A DNA stretch of 58,475 nucleotides from a virus. The notes under the pieces were generated by a model that did not search any database, had not been told where the DNA came from, and worked only from the letters and a program-made list of their open reading frames with translations. This document shows positions 31,027-40,036 of the stretch, piece after piece; position 1 is the stretch's first letter; each line of letters starts with the position of its first letter. The stretch lies in the IMG/VR virus record IMGVR_UViG_3300045988_031867. One strand, 5' to 3'. The position numbers and the translations under genes are program-made.

Positions 31027-31679
31027 TCCACACCTCCGATAAAATCACTTAATCTCATTTGAGCCATTTCACAATCAAGTCTTTGTTTTGATGCCTTATA
31101 ATAGCATTCGTCAAGTTCGAAGCCTATAAATTTATGGTTAGTGTTATAGCAAGCTATCAGACTGCTAGCACTTCCTACATGAGTATCAAGAATAATATCA
31201 TTAGGCTTTGCATATCTGCTTAATAACCATTCATATAGTGCTACTGGTTTCTGCGTTGGGTGTATGCGGTTTTTGTTGAATGGAGCATACTTAAAAATCC
31301 TTGCGCCATCGTCAAATGAAGTCCACGCAAACTCGCATTCACTAAAACTTCTGCCATACATTCCCTCTGCTTTATCCCATATCAGAAAACATCTTGTAGG
31401 CGGAAGATTGAAATAATTACCGCCCCAAATAATCTGCTCTTTCGACACTCTGACCAATTCGTCAAAATATGCAGTTGTCGGTTTCTTCTTATCCCAATCG
31501 TTCTTTACCCATTTTCTATTTTCCTTCTTAGAACATTTAATAGATGTACCCAATCCCATATTCATGTTTGCAATATCCAAGCCGTATGGTGGATCTACAA
31601 TCGCAAAGTCAAAATATTTGTCTGGAAATTCTTTCATTCCTTGCATACAATCCATGTTGTAATATCCAAAATCTAACAT
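31023..31679 (-). CDS. DNA N6-adenine/N4-cytosine methyltransferase (DPPY type)
   Basis: FAIVDPPYG plus HPTQKPVALYEWLL and a C-terminal SAM-binding ILDTHVGSASS. This is a beta-class motif order. 218 aa. Confidence 0.85.
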   Translation of the reverse strand: MLDFGYYNMDCMQGMKEFPDKYFDFAIVDPPYGLDIANMNMGLGTSIKCSKKENRKWVKNDWDKKKPTTAYFDELVRVSKEQIIWGGNYFNLPPTRCFLIWDKAEGMYGRSFSECEFAWTSFDDGARIFKYAPFNKNRIHPTQKPVALYEWLLSRYAKPNDIILDTHVGSASSLIACYNTNHKFIGFELDECYYKASKQRLDCEMAQMRLSDFIGGVE

Positions 31680-31745
31680 TTTCTCTTACCAAAAGGAAAC
31701 CTCGGTTTTATGTCGCGACAACCTATTCCTTTCTTTGATTTTTAG

Positions 31746-32021
31746 TTAGTTATCTTCTTTTTTCTTAAAATCCTCGCAAGCAACATCAAGTAAGCAACCG
31801 CATCGCTCAACTTCTGTGCAATTCCAATATGTCTTGTACCTGTAAGAGTTTGCACAATTAAAGCAGAAGTCCTTTCCACTATTCATTTTGCAACTTGTCT
31901 TTTTATCCTCTAACTTCTTTCCAAGACTTTCATTTATCCTTTTGAGTTCCTCCACCTTTTTCTCCGATTTCTCAAAATCTTCAATGAGTTTGTTGTATTT
32001 CTTCTTACTTAAAATCTTCAC
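31746..32021 (-). CDS. Hypothetical protein (coiled-coil N-terminus, Cys-rich C-terminus)
   Basis: 91-aa ORF. Confidence 0.55.
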   Translation of the reverse strand: MKILSKKKYNKLIEDFEKSEKKVEELKRINESLGKKLEDKKTSCKMNSGKDFCFNCANSYRYKTYWNCTEVERCGCLLDVACEDFKKKEDN

Positions 32022-32027
32022 TCTGAA

Positions 32028-32321
32028 TCACCTCGCTTTCAAGCAATCGCTTCTAAGCATATCTGCCTTGATTAACTCATAGATAATATCAAGGTAAGTT
32101 CTGTTGTCTCTGTATCTGCAATTAGCGTCCTTGTGTATTCTTGGGTCGTTATCATCCCAATCATTAATACCAAAATACACATCACTCACAAAAAGCATTT
32201 TTACGCCTCTTGATACGCACAAGTAATAACATCCCTGTTTACCATATTCGCCCTTGCATTTCTTGAAGCCGAACTTCTCAAACTCTTTAGCTTTAACTGC
32301 CGGAATCAGCATTGCTTTCAC
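32028..32321 (-). CDS. Hypothetical protein
   Basis: 97-aa ORF. Confidence 0.55.
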   Translation of the reverse strand: MKAMLIPAVKAKEFEKFGFKKCKGEYGKQGCYYLCVSRGVKMLFVSDVYFGINDWDDNDPRIHKDANCRYRDNRTYLDIIYELIKADMLRSDCLKAR

Positions 32322-32661
32322 CCACTTTCTTAAAAGGAACGCCTCTTAAATGCTCATCAAGGTCCAATTCTGTTCCGTCAATATTTCCATTCAGCTTGTT
32401 TTGGCAATGGCATAATAATGTTTCAAGGTCGCAAATTCTACCTGCCTTATATTCACTTCTTATGAAGTCAAGAACTCTGTCTACGCTTTCTATCCTGTAG
32501 CTTGCTATTTTTGAATTGTAATCAAGTCTTATATCTGCGATTTCTTTTTCATGCCGCCTGATTTTAGCTAAATTGCCCTTGCAAAATTCATAATCGCTAA
32601 TAAGCTTTTTCTTTGCAATTCGTGCGATTTCTTCCGCTGTATAGCCTTTAATTTCGCTCAT
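32293..32661 (-). CDS. Hypothetical protein
   Basis: 122-aa ORF, start coupled to the upstream stop. Confidence 0.55.
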   Translation of the reverse strand: MSEIKGYTAEEIARIAKKKLISDYEFCKGNLAKIRRHEKEIADIRLDYNSKIASYRIESVDRVLDFIRSEYKAGRICDLETLLCHCQNKLNGNIDGTELDLDEHLRGVPFKKVGESNADSGS

Positions 32662-32849
32662 TCACTTTCACCCACTTTCTTATCATCAACAATCTTGATT
32701 TTTCTGCCGCAGGCATTGCAGTAAATATCATATCCTTTTGAGCAATTAAGCCTCATTTTCCCGCACTCTGTGGTATAAATTGGAAATCCGTAAGGTGTAT
32801 GAGTAGCATACCATTTGCACTGCTCATTTTCTTTATTGTCATTACTCAT
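32658..32849 (-). CDS. Small zinc-finger protein
   Basis: 63 aa. CKW...C...CNACGRK. Confidence 0.5.
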   Translation of the reverse strand: MSNDNKENEQCKWYATHTPYGFPIYTTECGKMRLNCSKGYDIYCNACGRKIKIVDDKKVGESE

Positions 32850-33436
32850 TCATTCTCACCCACTTTCAATAATTCCTTAAACTTCTCATACTGCTTCTGC
32901 GACACCTTGTTATGCTTCTTATCGTCTCTAATTTCGATTTTAAGGTGCTTTTCGGCTATATTGGATAATTCCCTTGCAAGGTTCTTTCTACCTTGCTGTA
33001 TGCCGTCTCTGTAGCCTTTAGAGGGCTTAAATTCATTTATCTTTTCCTTGCCCTCTCCTTGACCGCCAGCTGTCTTGTTGTATCTACATTGATAGCCTTT
33101 TTTGGTGTACTCTAATATCCAGTACTGCTCCCATTTATCAAGTTCAGATTCGGGATAATTGATAAAATTCAGTTTCCACCCATAAGGGTTATCATCACTA
33201 TAAAAGCCCCTTTTTTTAAGGGATAGGTCTATGTGCTGATACCCCACAAGGTGTCCGCACATTCTTTGGCATATATGCACTGCCTGCCCTATGTAAAAGT
33301 ATGAAATATTGTTTTCGTCAGTTCTTGTCAAAAAATATATTCCACTTTTGTCATTCAGATTTTGGTTCAGCTTCAACAGTCGTTTTTTGTTTTCCTGTTC
33401 AATTTCCTTGGCTCTTGCTATGTTTTGGCAATTCAA
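32846..33436 (-). CDS. GIY-YIG nuclease (free-standing homing-endonuclease-like)
   Basis: GIYFLTRTDENNISYFYIGQAVHICQRMCGHL is followed by YWILEYTKKGYQCRYN. 196 aa. Confidence 0.65.
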   Translation of the reverse strand: MNCQNIARAKEIEQENKKRLLKLNQNLNDKSGIYFLTRTDENNISYFYIGQAVHICQRMCGHLVGYQHIDLSLKKRGFYSDDNPYGWKLNFINYPESELDKWEQYWILEYTKKGYQCRYNKTAGGQGEGKEKINEFKPSKGYRDGIQQGRKNLARELSNIAEKHLKIEIRDDKKHNKVSQKQYEKFKELLKVGENE

Positions 33437-33512
33437 GAATTATCACACCCCTTTTCATACCTGCGATCCAAATATCCACATTCATCTGCCATGCACCAAC
33501 CTCCGTCAAATC

Positions 33513-34169
33513 TTAATTTAATTTCGGTTTCTCGCACCGTTCAAATTCAATCACCCACACCCACGGTGATGCATCCCAGCCGTAGCGGTCAAGGTCGGAT
33601 TTCTTGATGGTGGAATCCCATAATGCTTGCATAGCTCCTATTGGAGTTGTGTAGCAATTATGCACATCTGTTTCTTGTTTCCAAGTAAATCCTGTTGGAC
33701 ATTCATCACACTGTATGCCTTCACGTTTTGCTTGCTCATCGGTTATCTCCTGCAACCGCTCCACCCGTACATCTGTAACCTTCAGCCAGATACGAGCGGC
33801 TTCTTTTGGCATGTGGATGGATGGGTGCCATATGTGGGAATCATTCTTAAAACCATTTTCTGCAACCTCATCCGCCCGGTAAACATACTGCCTGTCCGAG
33901 TTTAAGCTAATCGGATAACCAAATGTTTCCCGGACATAAAGAATATCGCCCGGCTGATATGGTAAATTCATGCCAAAACTAAAAAACGGTTCCTCTAAAA
34001 AATTCGCCTTGTCACATCGTAGTTCTTGTAACACTACCTTGTCGGCAAGTGGTACATTGTTTGTGTATCTATTTACTGGAAACTTAACTACTCGCCTTGT
34101 ACAGCACTTTCTCCCGTCCAGAATTGCCCGTACCATCTCGGTATTGAATAAAATCGGTTTAATTGCCAT
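33513..34169 (-). CDS. ASCH/PUA-like domain protein
   Basis: N-terminal KPILFNTEMVRAILDGRKCCTRR signature. 218 aa. Confidence 0.55.
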   Translation of the reverse strand: MAIKPILFNTEMVRAILDGRKCCTRRVVKFPVNRYTNNVPLADKVVLQELRCDKANFLEEPFFSFGMNLPYQPGDILYVRETFGYPISLNSDRQYVYRADEVAENGFKNDSHIWHPSIHMPKEAARIWLKVTDVRVERLQEITDEQAKREGIQCDECPTGFTWKQETDVHNCYTTPIGAMQALWDSTIKKSDLDRYGWDASPWVWVIEFERCEKPKLN

Positions 34170-34392
34170 CTATTCCACCCACCTTTACTATTTCGATTGC
34201 TAAATTCATTGCTTTTTCTTTTGCTATGAACCGCTTAACAAGTTCAGCATCAGCAGTTGTCATAAGCTGTGCAGTTGAATAGCCATCCCTTGCCGTTTCC
34301 AACTGTTCCACAACCTTATCCACATCGTAGGCGGTTGGCTGTGCGTCAATCAATTCACACATCTTATTGACTTTTTTGAGCTGAATAACCAT
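34159..34392 (-). CDS. Hypothetical protein
   Basis: 77-aa ORF. The start is uncertain. Confidence 0.5.
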   Translation of the reverse strand: MVIQLKKVNKMCELIDAQPTAYDVDKVVEQLETARDGYSTAQLMTTADAELVKRFIAKEKAMNLAIEIVKVGGIDGN

Positions 34393-34464
34393 TCACAATA
34401 GCCATTCCAGCAATTTGTTGTTTAAACTTATCTGCATCAATTGCCTGTATTAAACTTACCTCGT

Positions 34465-34779
34465 TCATTCGCTATCATCCCAATCAAATTTTTGACCACA
34501 GTTCATGCAATGAAAATAGAAAGTCTTATTATCAGCCGGTATTCTGTCTGTCAAAATTTCTCCGCATGTCGGACAGCGCAAGTACTTCTCTTCCGAATCT
34601 TCAAAATACTGCTTCGTGATAGGTTTCTTGGGTATCTGCTTTTCGAGAGCCTGCATTGCCATACCCATTGCTTCTGCAAGTTCCTCTTTAGTTGTATTTA
34701 GTGCTGTCCCTTGGGGATTACTCAAGGACGATGCGAAAATAATGGTATTACATATCTTAATTGCTTCACTCTCTGTCAC
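34465..34779 (-). CDS. Zinc-ribbon protein
   Basis: 104 aa with CPTCG...CMNCG. GTGA coupling to the upstream small ORF. Confidence 0.55.
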   Translation of the reverse strand: MTESEAIKICNTIIFASSLSNPQGTALNTTKEELAEAMGMAMQALEKQIPKKPITKQYFEDSEEKYLRCPTCGEILTDRIPADNKTFYFHCMNCGQKFDWDDSE

Positions 34780-34904
34780 GAAACCACCTTCTTACTCTTG
34801 TTAATCCTTGTAGTCTTACGCTTCTTCTTGCTCCCCACATATCTGCTACCGCCTGTTGGCTTGCCATAAATAAATGCACTCATGCTACCATTCTTAGACT
34901 TCAT
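34776..34904 (-). CDS. Highly basic peptide, 42 aa
   Basis: SD GGGAGGTAG lies 6 nt before ATG 34904. MKSKNGSMSAFIYGKPTGGSRYVGSKKKRKTTRINKSKKVVS. Confidence 0.35.
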   Translation of the reverse strand: MKSKNGSMSAFIYGKPTGGSRYVGSKKKRKTTRINKSKKVVS

Positions 34905-35115
34905 CTTCTCTACCTCCCAGTGCTTCAATTGCCATGTTAATAGCTTCAATTCTTTTTTTGTTTATCATTGTAAGCTCTCTTTTCTTTGCTTCACTCAATC
35001 CCAAGTAATTGCTGTTGTATACTGCTATTGTATTGATTAGTAGTTTTTGTTCATCACGAAGAATTTCAATTGCTTCCTGAAAACCCAAATTATCCCCTCC
35101 TAGTTCAATCGCCAA
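34894..35115 (-). CDS. Hypothetical protein (TTG start)
   Basis: 73-aa ORF, helical. Confidence 0.5.
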   Translation of the reverse strand: MAIELGGDNLGFQEAIEILRDEQKLLINTIAVYNSNYLGLSEAKKRELTMINKKRIEAINMAIEALGGREDEV

Positions 35116-35284
35116 AATTATATTCCTTTAGCCGCTTGCTTTTCTCGTACACTGTACATTCATCACCTCCCGGACACGGTCTTTTGTGCCCGGTTATCAA
35201 TATGTACTGGCAGAACCTGTCGCCACCCTCAAAGCTTATACGGCAACTGTATTTACATGTGCTACATTTCTTTTGTTTCGCCAT
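35105..35284 (-). CDS. Cys-rich small protein, 59 aa
   Basis: SD AAGGAGGTG lies 7 nt before ATG 35284. MAKQKKCSTCKYSCRISFEGGDRFCQYILITGHKRPCPGGDECTVYE... Confidence 0.55.
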   Translation of the reverse strand: MAKQKKCSTCKYSCRISFEGGDRFCQYILITGHKRPCPGGDECTVYEKSKRLKEYNFGD

Positions 35285-35298
35285 GCTGCCGCACCTCC

Positions 35299-35736
35299 TT
35301 AGTTGAACGGTAAACCTTCATCTTCTACACCCAATGGCAAATTCATGAAGCCGTCACTTGCCATTGCCGGGGCAGACATATTTGAAGCCGGCTGGCTTGG
35401 ACTGCTGCCGTTAGTGTTCTTACTCTCCGCAAACTCGTATTCCTCAACAACAACATCTGTAGTGTACACTTTATTGCCGTCCTTGTTAGTGTAACTGCCA
35501 GTCTGAATACGTCCGACAACCGCTATCTTAGTACCCTGATGCAAATATCGTTCAATGAACTCCGCTGTCTTGCCAAACGCTATGCAGTTGATAAAATCTG
35601 CTGTCTGCTGTTCGCCCTCCTTCTTGAATCTCCTGTCAACCGCAAGTGTAAGCCTTGCTGTTGTAGTGTTGGTTGCAACACTTGTTCTGATTTCCGGGTC
35701 TCTCGTCAATCGCCCCATTAAGATAACCTTATTCAT
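35299..35736 (-). CDS. ssb: Single-stranded DNA-binding protein
   Basis: MNKVILMGRLTRDPEIR OB-fold N-terminus, a Gly/Ser/Pro-rich linker and an acidic tip EDEGLPF. Confidence 0.95.
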   Translation of the reverse strand: MNKVILMGRLTRDPEIRTSVATNTTTARLTLAVDRRFKKEGEQQTADFINCIAFGKTAEFIERYLHQGTKIAVVGRIQTGSYTNKDGNKVYTTDVVVEEYEFAESKNTNGSSPSQPASNMSAPAMASDGFMNLPLGVEDEGLPFN

Positions 35737-35820
35737 TGTCTTATCTCCTTTGCTTATCCCATTTTCTCATGAGTTTCTTGTTTTCCCGATACAAAAAGCT
35801 CATGCTTGCAAATATTACAG

Positions 35821-36426
35821 TCAATCATTGTTACCTCTCAATTCTTCCAGTTTTGCTTCAGCTTCGGATTTTGTGAGAAATACTGTTTTGCCTATATCAG
35901 AGCTTCTAAATCTCCTATCAATTTTGTTGTATTCCGTAATTGACGAATACATTACATCATTATCACAATCAACTCCGCAGATGCTTGTTACCGTTGCCTC
36001 TATAGGGAAATGCGCCATCGAAAAAGCAGATTTAATAAAGTAAATCTTATCTCCTCTATTGCAAAGCAACTTAATAAGTTTGCCCTGTTCCTCTAACTGC
36101 TTGTATTCCTCCCATTTGTCGACATCTTCATCAGTAAGAAGCCGTGACTTCAATGTGTTGTTTGCCATATCAATGCATGGGTGTTTCTCAAGCATTTCCA
36201 CCACTCTCAACAGTAATCCGTCACAATCTCCATACACTTTGTTAAGCCGTTCTTCTAACTGCTGATATTCTTCGGCTTTTTTAAGCCACCCAGCTAACTG
36301 CTCACAATCTTCTGCACTTTTAATACAAGCTGTGTTCATAGGATTATCACTCTCAAAGAAATCCGCATGGTATCTATGCTCTCTTGCTTTTTCTTTCGCA
36401 TGTTCTATAAATTCATCAATATTCAT
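35821..36426 (-). CDS. Hypothetical protein
   Basis: 201-aa ORF. Confidence 0.6.
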   Translation of the reverse strand: MNIDEFIEHAKEKAREHRYHADFFESDNPMNTACIKSAEDCEQLAGWLKKAEEYQQLEERLNKVYGDCDGLLLRVVEMLEKHPCIDMANNTLKSRLLTDEDVDKWEEYKQLEEQGKLIKLLCNRGDKIYFIKSAFSMAHFPIEATVTSICGVDCDNDVMYSSITEYNKIDRRFRSSDIGKTVFLTKSEAEAKLEELRGNND

Positions 36427-36444
36427 TTCTGCTCCTTTCTGCCT

Positions 36445-36780
36445 TTAATCATTGTCAAAACTCCTATCTGTCATAATTTCAGCAAATCTCTTGGCGAGAA
36501 TTTCTTTGATATTCTTTTCTACAAAATCGCCGATAGTTTTTTCAGTCCTATCTTTCACGAACTGCTCAAAAGAAACACCCTGTATTTTCCTGTCACTACC
36601 CCAGCTTGAAGCAGATGTAAGTTTTTCGATTCTCTTGTCAACAATTTTTGTAATTTCTTCATCAAGATTTTTATAAATAGCTTTCTCTACATATTCGTCC
36701 ATAGCAATCTTGACCTTTTCTTCAATTTCCTCACTATTGAGAGATATATTTAAAATCATTTTTGGTTCAGATTTCTTCAT
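36445..36780 (-). CDS. Hypothetical protein
   Basis: Start moved to ATG 36780 behind AAAGGAGAA. 111 aa. Confidence 0.55.
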   Translation of the reverse strand: MKKSEPKMILNISLNSEEIEEKVKIAMDEYVEKAIYKNLDEEITKIVDKRIEKLTSASSWGSDRKIQGVSFEQFVKDRTEKTIGDFVEKNIKEILAKRFAEIMTDRSFDND

Positions 36781-36794
36781 ATCAATTCTCCTTT

Positions 36795-37520
36795 CTAAAA
36801 CGGACACTCACTAGGATTTTTCAAATCCCAACTTTTCCCTGCAACCGCAACATCTACATTCGCCCCATAAGCAACTTTTTTCATCTTTTCGATAAAACTA
36901 TCTTTATCAGAATTTTCACTTGATAAATGGCACATTATGACGTTCTGCAAGCTATCTGAATAATTCGCCTTAGCAAAATCACAAGCTGTGTCAATGGATA
37001 AGTGACCTCTGAATACGTGATTAGCTTTGCCTGTGTTATCCCTGTCGATTAAATCCTTGTCATAGTTCACGCCCAAGAGAATGTGGTTTATGTCTTTAAA
37101 TCTCCACTTGATTAGTTCACAATCGGTTATGTAAAGCATTCTTCCCATTTCCTTGTGAGTAATCAGAAAGCCATATATCGGGCAAGGTTCGCCATTTGCG
37201 TCTGTATGTGTCCAATTCCCGTCCAATGTCTGTAGTGGAAACGGATAAATTGTGAATCCGCCATAATTCTTCTTGTTATAGCTTCTTTGGTATGGTGCAA
37301 ATACTGGCATTGACATTTTTTTTAAATTGTCTAATGACTTGCTGTGGTCAAGGTGTTTATGGGTGCATAACACACCCACAACATCTTTAATGTTCCAATC
37401 TAAGCCTTTTTTAATCTCCTTGATGCCGATACCACAATCAAGGATAAGCGTTTCTCCGTTGTCTGCGTGCAACAGATAGCAGTTGCCGCTACTGCCAGTT
37501 GAAATACATTTAAGTTTCAT
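36795..37520 (-). CDS. Metallo-beta-lactamase-fold hydrolase
   Basis: THKHLDHS (HxHxDH) motif. Start moved to ATG 37520 behind GAGAGG. Confidence 0.8.
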   Translation of the reverse strand: MKLKCISTGSSGNCYLLHADNGETLILDCGIGIKEIKKGLDWNIKDVVGVLCTHKHLDHSKSLDNLKKMSMPVFAPYQRSYNKKNYGGFTIYPFPLQTLDGNWTHTDANGEPCPIYGFLITHKEMGRMLYITDCELIKWRFKDINHILLGVNYDKDLIDRDNTGKANHVFRGHLSIDTACDFAKANYSDSLQNVIMCHLSSENSDKDSFIEKMKKVAYGANVDVAVAGKSWDLKNPSECPF

Positions 37521-37728
37521 CCAAAAACCTCTCAACATATTCGTTCCATTTTTCTATTGCCTTTTCTTTTGTGGCTACATTATGAAAGAACATCTTCTTT
37601 GCGTGTACTCCATCGTTTAACCTGTATCTCGGACAGCCAGAACTATATCCCATAAAAAATCCGTCTGGCTCATTTCTAAGAACAACAGCTTCAGCACTAC
37701 ATATAGGGCAATTTCTTAGCCCTTTCAT
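37510..37728 (-). CDS. Lar-like restriction-alleviation-type zinc protein
   Basis: 72 aa. CPICSAEA...GCPRY... and the C-terminal KEKAIEKWNEY pattern. Confidence 0.4.
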   Translation of the reverse strand: MKGLRNCPICSAEAVVLRNEPDGFFMGYSSGCPRYRLNDGVHAKKMFFHNVATKEKAIEKWNEYVERFLDET

Positions 37729-38042
37729 ACTTCCACCTCATCATCTTTCGGGAACTGGAAATAATTCTGTGTCATCTTATCAAAAACAGTTTCCGACAAG
37801 CAGCTTACGAATGAAGTACCTTTTTCAGTATTTATTATCGTTTTTAAAAAAGCGACCTTTTCGTGCTGCTCTCTCAACATTTCCATAGCCTTAATAGCCT
37901 TTGCTTCGGCGGAGTACTCCGCAAGTGCCTGTGAATCGGTAATCAAGTTGCTGTTAAAGAAGTAAATCTTCTTGTTAAGTCTGATAACCGCCACATGCTC
38001 GTATGGCACATCTGTTGTTCCGTCCTGACTAATTATTCTCAT
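37725..38042 (-). CDS. Hypothetical protein
   Basis: 105-aa ORF coupled to its neighbours. Confidence 0.55.
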   Translation of the reverse strand: MRIISQDGTTDVPYEHVAVIRLNKKIYFFNSNLITDSQALAEYSAEAKAIKAMEMLREQHEKVAFLKTIINTEKGTSFVSCLSETVFDKMTQNYFQFPKDDEVEV

Positions 38043-38265
38043 GCTTGCCCTCCATAATTTCCTTTAAAACTGCACCAAAATTGCTATCGGTAACGGCAAA
38101 GCACTTATCAGGGCATCCAATAGCCTTATTCAGTATCATGTCGAAGAGCTGCTTATCACCATGGAACACTTTTTCATATATCGCTTTGGTTAGAACTCCC
38201 CAATCGGCTACAATGTCCGCACACTTACCGTCAATCGTTACTATTCCCTTGTTACTAGTAATCAT
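38029..38265 (-). CDS. Hypothetical protein
   Basis: 78-aa ORF. Confidence 0.55.
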   Translation of the reverse strand: MITSNKGIVTIDGKCADIVADWGVLTKAIYEKVFHGDKQLFDMILNKAIGCPDKCFAVTDSNFGAVLKEIMEGKHENN

Positions 38266-38273
38266 ATAACCTC

Positions 38274-39377
38274 CTATTCTGCCGTCATAAATGGCGGTAA
38301 CTCCGTCTGCTCTGTTGACTGCTCCTTGGTTGTTTCTATTGCCCTTGCACTGGAATTATCTTCTATGAACTCAACTGTATTAGAGTTCTCGTCAATCTCA
38401 GCCTGTGCAAGCTGATAAACTTCGTCCATTTCAACCTGTGCCTGTCTTGCCATTGGGTCATAATTCTTCGGAAATTTTTTTGTGGCATTGTTGCACATTT
38501 TCCTCTGAATCATGCTCTCTGGGGTATCAAGCCAAGCACCCGATATAAACGGTCTAGCGATTTCACACTTTATCATATCGTCTACGGTTTCGCACTGCCT
38601 CAACGCGTTGAGAACTTCTTCCTTTTTCTCTTTTATCTTCTTTTTCTCTTCCGGTGTAGCGTCATAACGAGTGCGTTCCACTTCCTTGTTGTACTGCTTT
38701 TTCGTGCCGGTTATTATTCCGAAAGTTTCATTCTGCATATTCTGCTTTACATGGGACAGTAAATTTATCTTTACGCTGTCTCTGTCCGCGGATAAATAAG
38801 TAACCGTTCCGTCCTTTAACTTCACAGGATATACAACTCTTACAGCTTTGTCGGACAATCCTTTCTCTTCCCACTCCGGGTCGGTGATTGAAAGCCCTTT
38901 GTGCTTAGGCGGAACGTACACGTCACCCTCCTTGATAACCCAATATGGATAAACTGTATCAACATTCTTCCCGTAGTTGGATAAGAGCGAATCGTAGCCA
39001 GCTCCCTCAATTCCCATTTCGACCTGCTTCTGCCATATTTCTTCTTTTGTTTGTGGGTCAGTGCCTACTTTCACACTCCTTAACTGGAAATAGCACTCCC
39101 TTGGGTATGCGCTAGCATTGAGCTTTAAGCTTGCACAACGCTTTACAATGCCCCTTATATTGCTTGTATCAAGATTACCCATATTAGTCTTAGGGTCATT
39201 CTTGACAAGATTGAATATGCTTGTCATAGCCTCCATAGCGCACTCTTTCGCATAATCATCCATATCCATTCCACAAGCCTTATAATCGTCAATAATAAGA
39301 CCTGTCATAGCATTACTCCACTCACTTAATGACGTGGTAAATGCTTTCTTTTCTGCTACTGCTGTTGTTTCTGCCAT
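38274..39377 (-). CDS. RecT-like single-strand annealing protein (putative)
   Basis: Start moved to ATG 39377 behind AGGAGGG. Its position between the SMC-like ATPase and the MBL/SSB genes fits a recombination module. The sequence pattern is only loosely RecT-like. Confidence 0.4.
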   Translation of the reverse strand: MAETTAVAEKKAFTTSLSEWSNAMTGLIIDDYKACGMDMDDYAKECAMEAMTSIFNLVKNDPKTNMGNLDTSNIRGIVKRCASLKLNASAYPRECYFQLRSVKVGTDPQTKEEIWQKQVEMGIEGAGYDSLLSNYGKNVDTVYPYWVIKEGDVYVPPKHKGLSITDPEWEEKGLSDKAVRVVYPVKLKDGTVTYLSADRDSVKINLLSHVKQNMQNETFGIITGTKKQYNKEVERTRYDATPEEKKKIKEKKEEVLNALRQCETVDDMIKCEIARPFISGAWLDTPESMIQRKMCNNATKKFPKNYDPMARQAQVEMDEVYQLAQAEIDENSNTVEFIEDNSSARAIETTKEQSTEQTELPPFMTAE

Positions 39378-39389
39378 TTCCAATCCCTC

Positions 39390-40034
39390 CTAATTTGCTT
39401 TCCCAATTCCATCTATACCGATTATAAACACCTGTGTTGTGTCTAAGTCCTGAATAAGTGCAAGTGTGCTGTCGAAAGTATCATGCTTAGCAATATTGCG
39501 GACAATATACTTCTTGTCCTTTAAGGGTCTTTTCACAAGGACGTAGTTGCCTATATATTCTTTCAAGCCTGTCCAATCGGCATAAGAGCTATACGTTTTA
39601 AGTAAGTTTACAACGATAACCGTATCCCCGACCTTAATTTCATTGTCCTCAACAGGCTTATCGCCTTTATCTTCCGTCAAACGCTTGAATGCGAGTTTCG
39701 CACCCACACGAAAGTCAAATTCATCTGCCGGATTGCAGTGTGCCTCAGCTCTCTTACCTGTGGACTTGTCAAGAGCTGTAACTATATTGCCATTGCGGTA
39801 AATCACAATGGTTTCTGTAGCCAAGCTGAGGCTATTCTCATCTACATACCAGCAATCATTTTCATTACCGTCTCTGTTCAGTACGAAGCCGTTGTGACCG
39901 TCGTGCCAGTTCTCGAACCGGATTAAAAAATCAATGTTTCGGCAACCAACTATCGTTCCAGTCATTCCGTAAACTTCTTCACTCTTATCTGTAACCGTTA
40001 CTCTGTCCCCTATTTTGAATTTTCTCTTTGCCAT
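39390..40034 (-). CDS. Hypothetical protein
   Basis: 214-aa ORF with two KxGDxVxV SH3/KOW-like segments. Confidence 0.55.
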   Translation of the reverse strand: MAKRKFKIGDRVTVTDKSEEVYGMTGTIVGCRNIDFLIRFENWHDGHNGFVLNRDGNENDCWYVDENSLSLATETIVIYRNGNIVTALDKSTGKRAEAHCNPADEFDFRVGAKLAFKRLTEDKGDKPVEDNEIKVGDTVIVVNLLKTYSSYADWTGLKEYIGNYVLVKRPLKDKKYIVRNIAKHDTFDSTLALIQDLDTTQVFIIGIDGIGKAN

Positions 40035-40036
40035 AA

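Noticed and set aside
35555-36043. 162-aa plus-strand ORF spanning the ssb 5' end and the next gene
   Set aside because: It crosses an intergenic region and two confident minus-strand genes, and has no SD.
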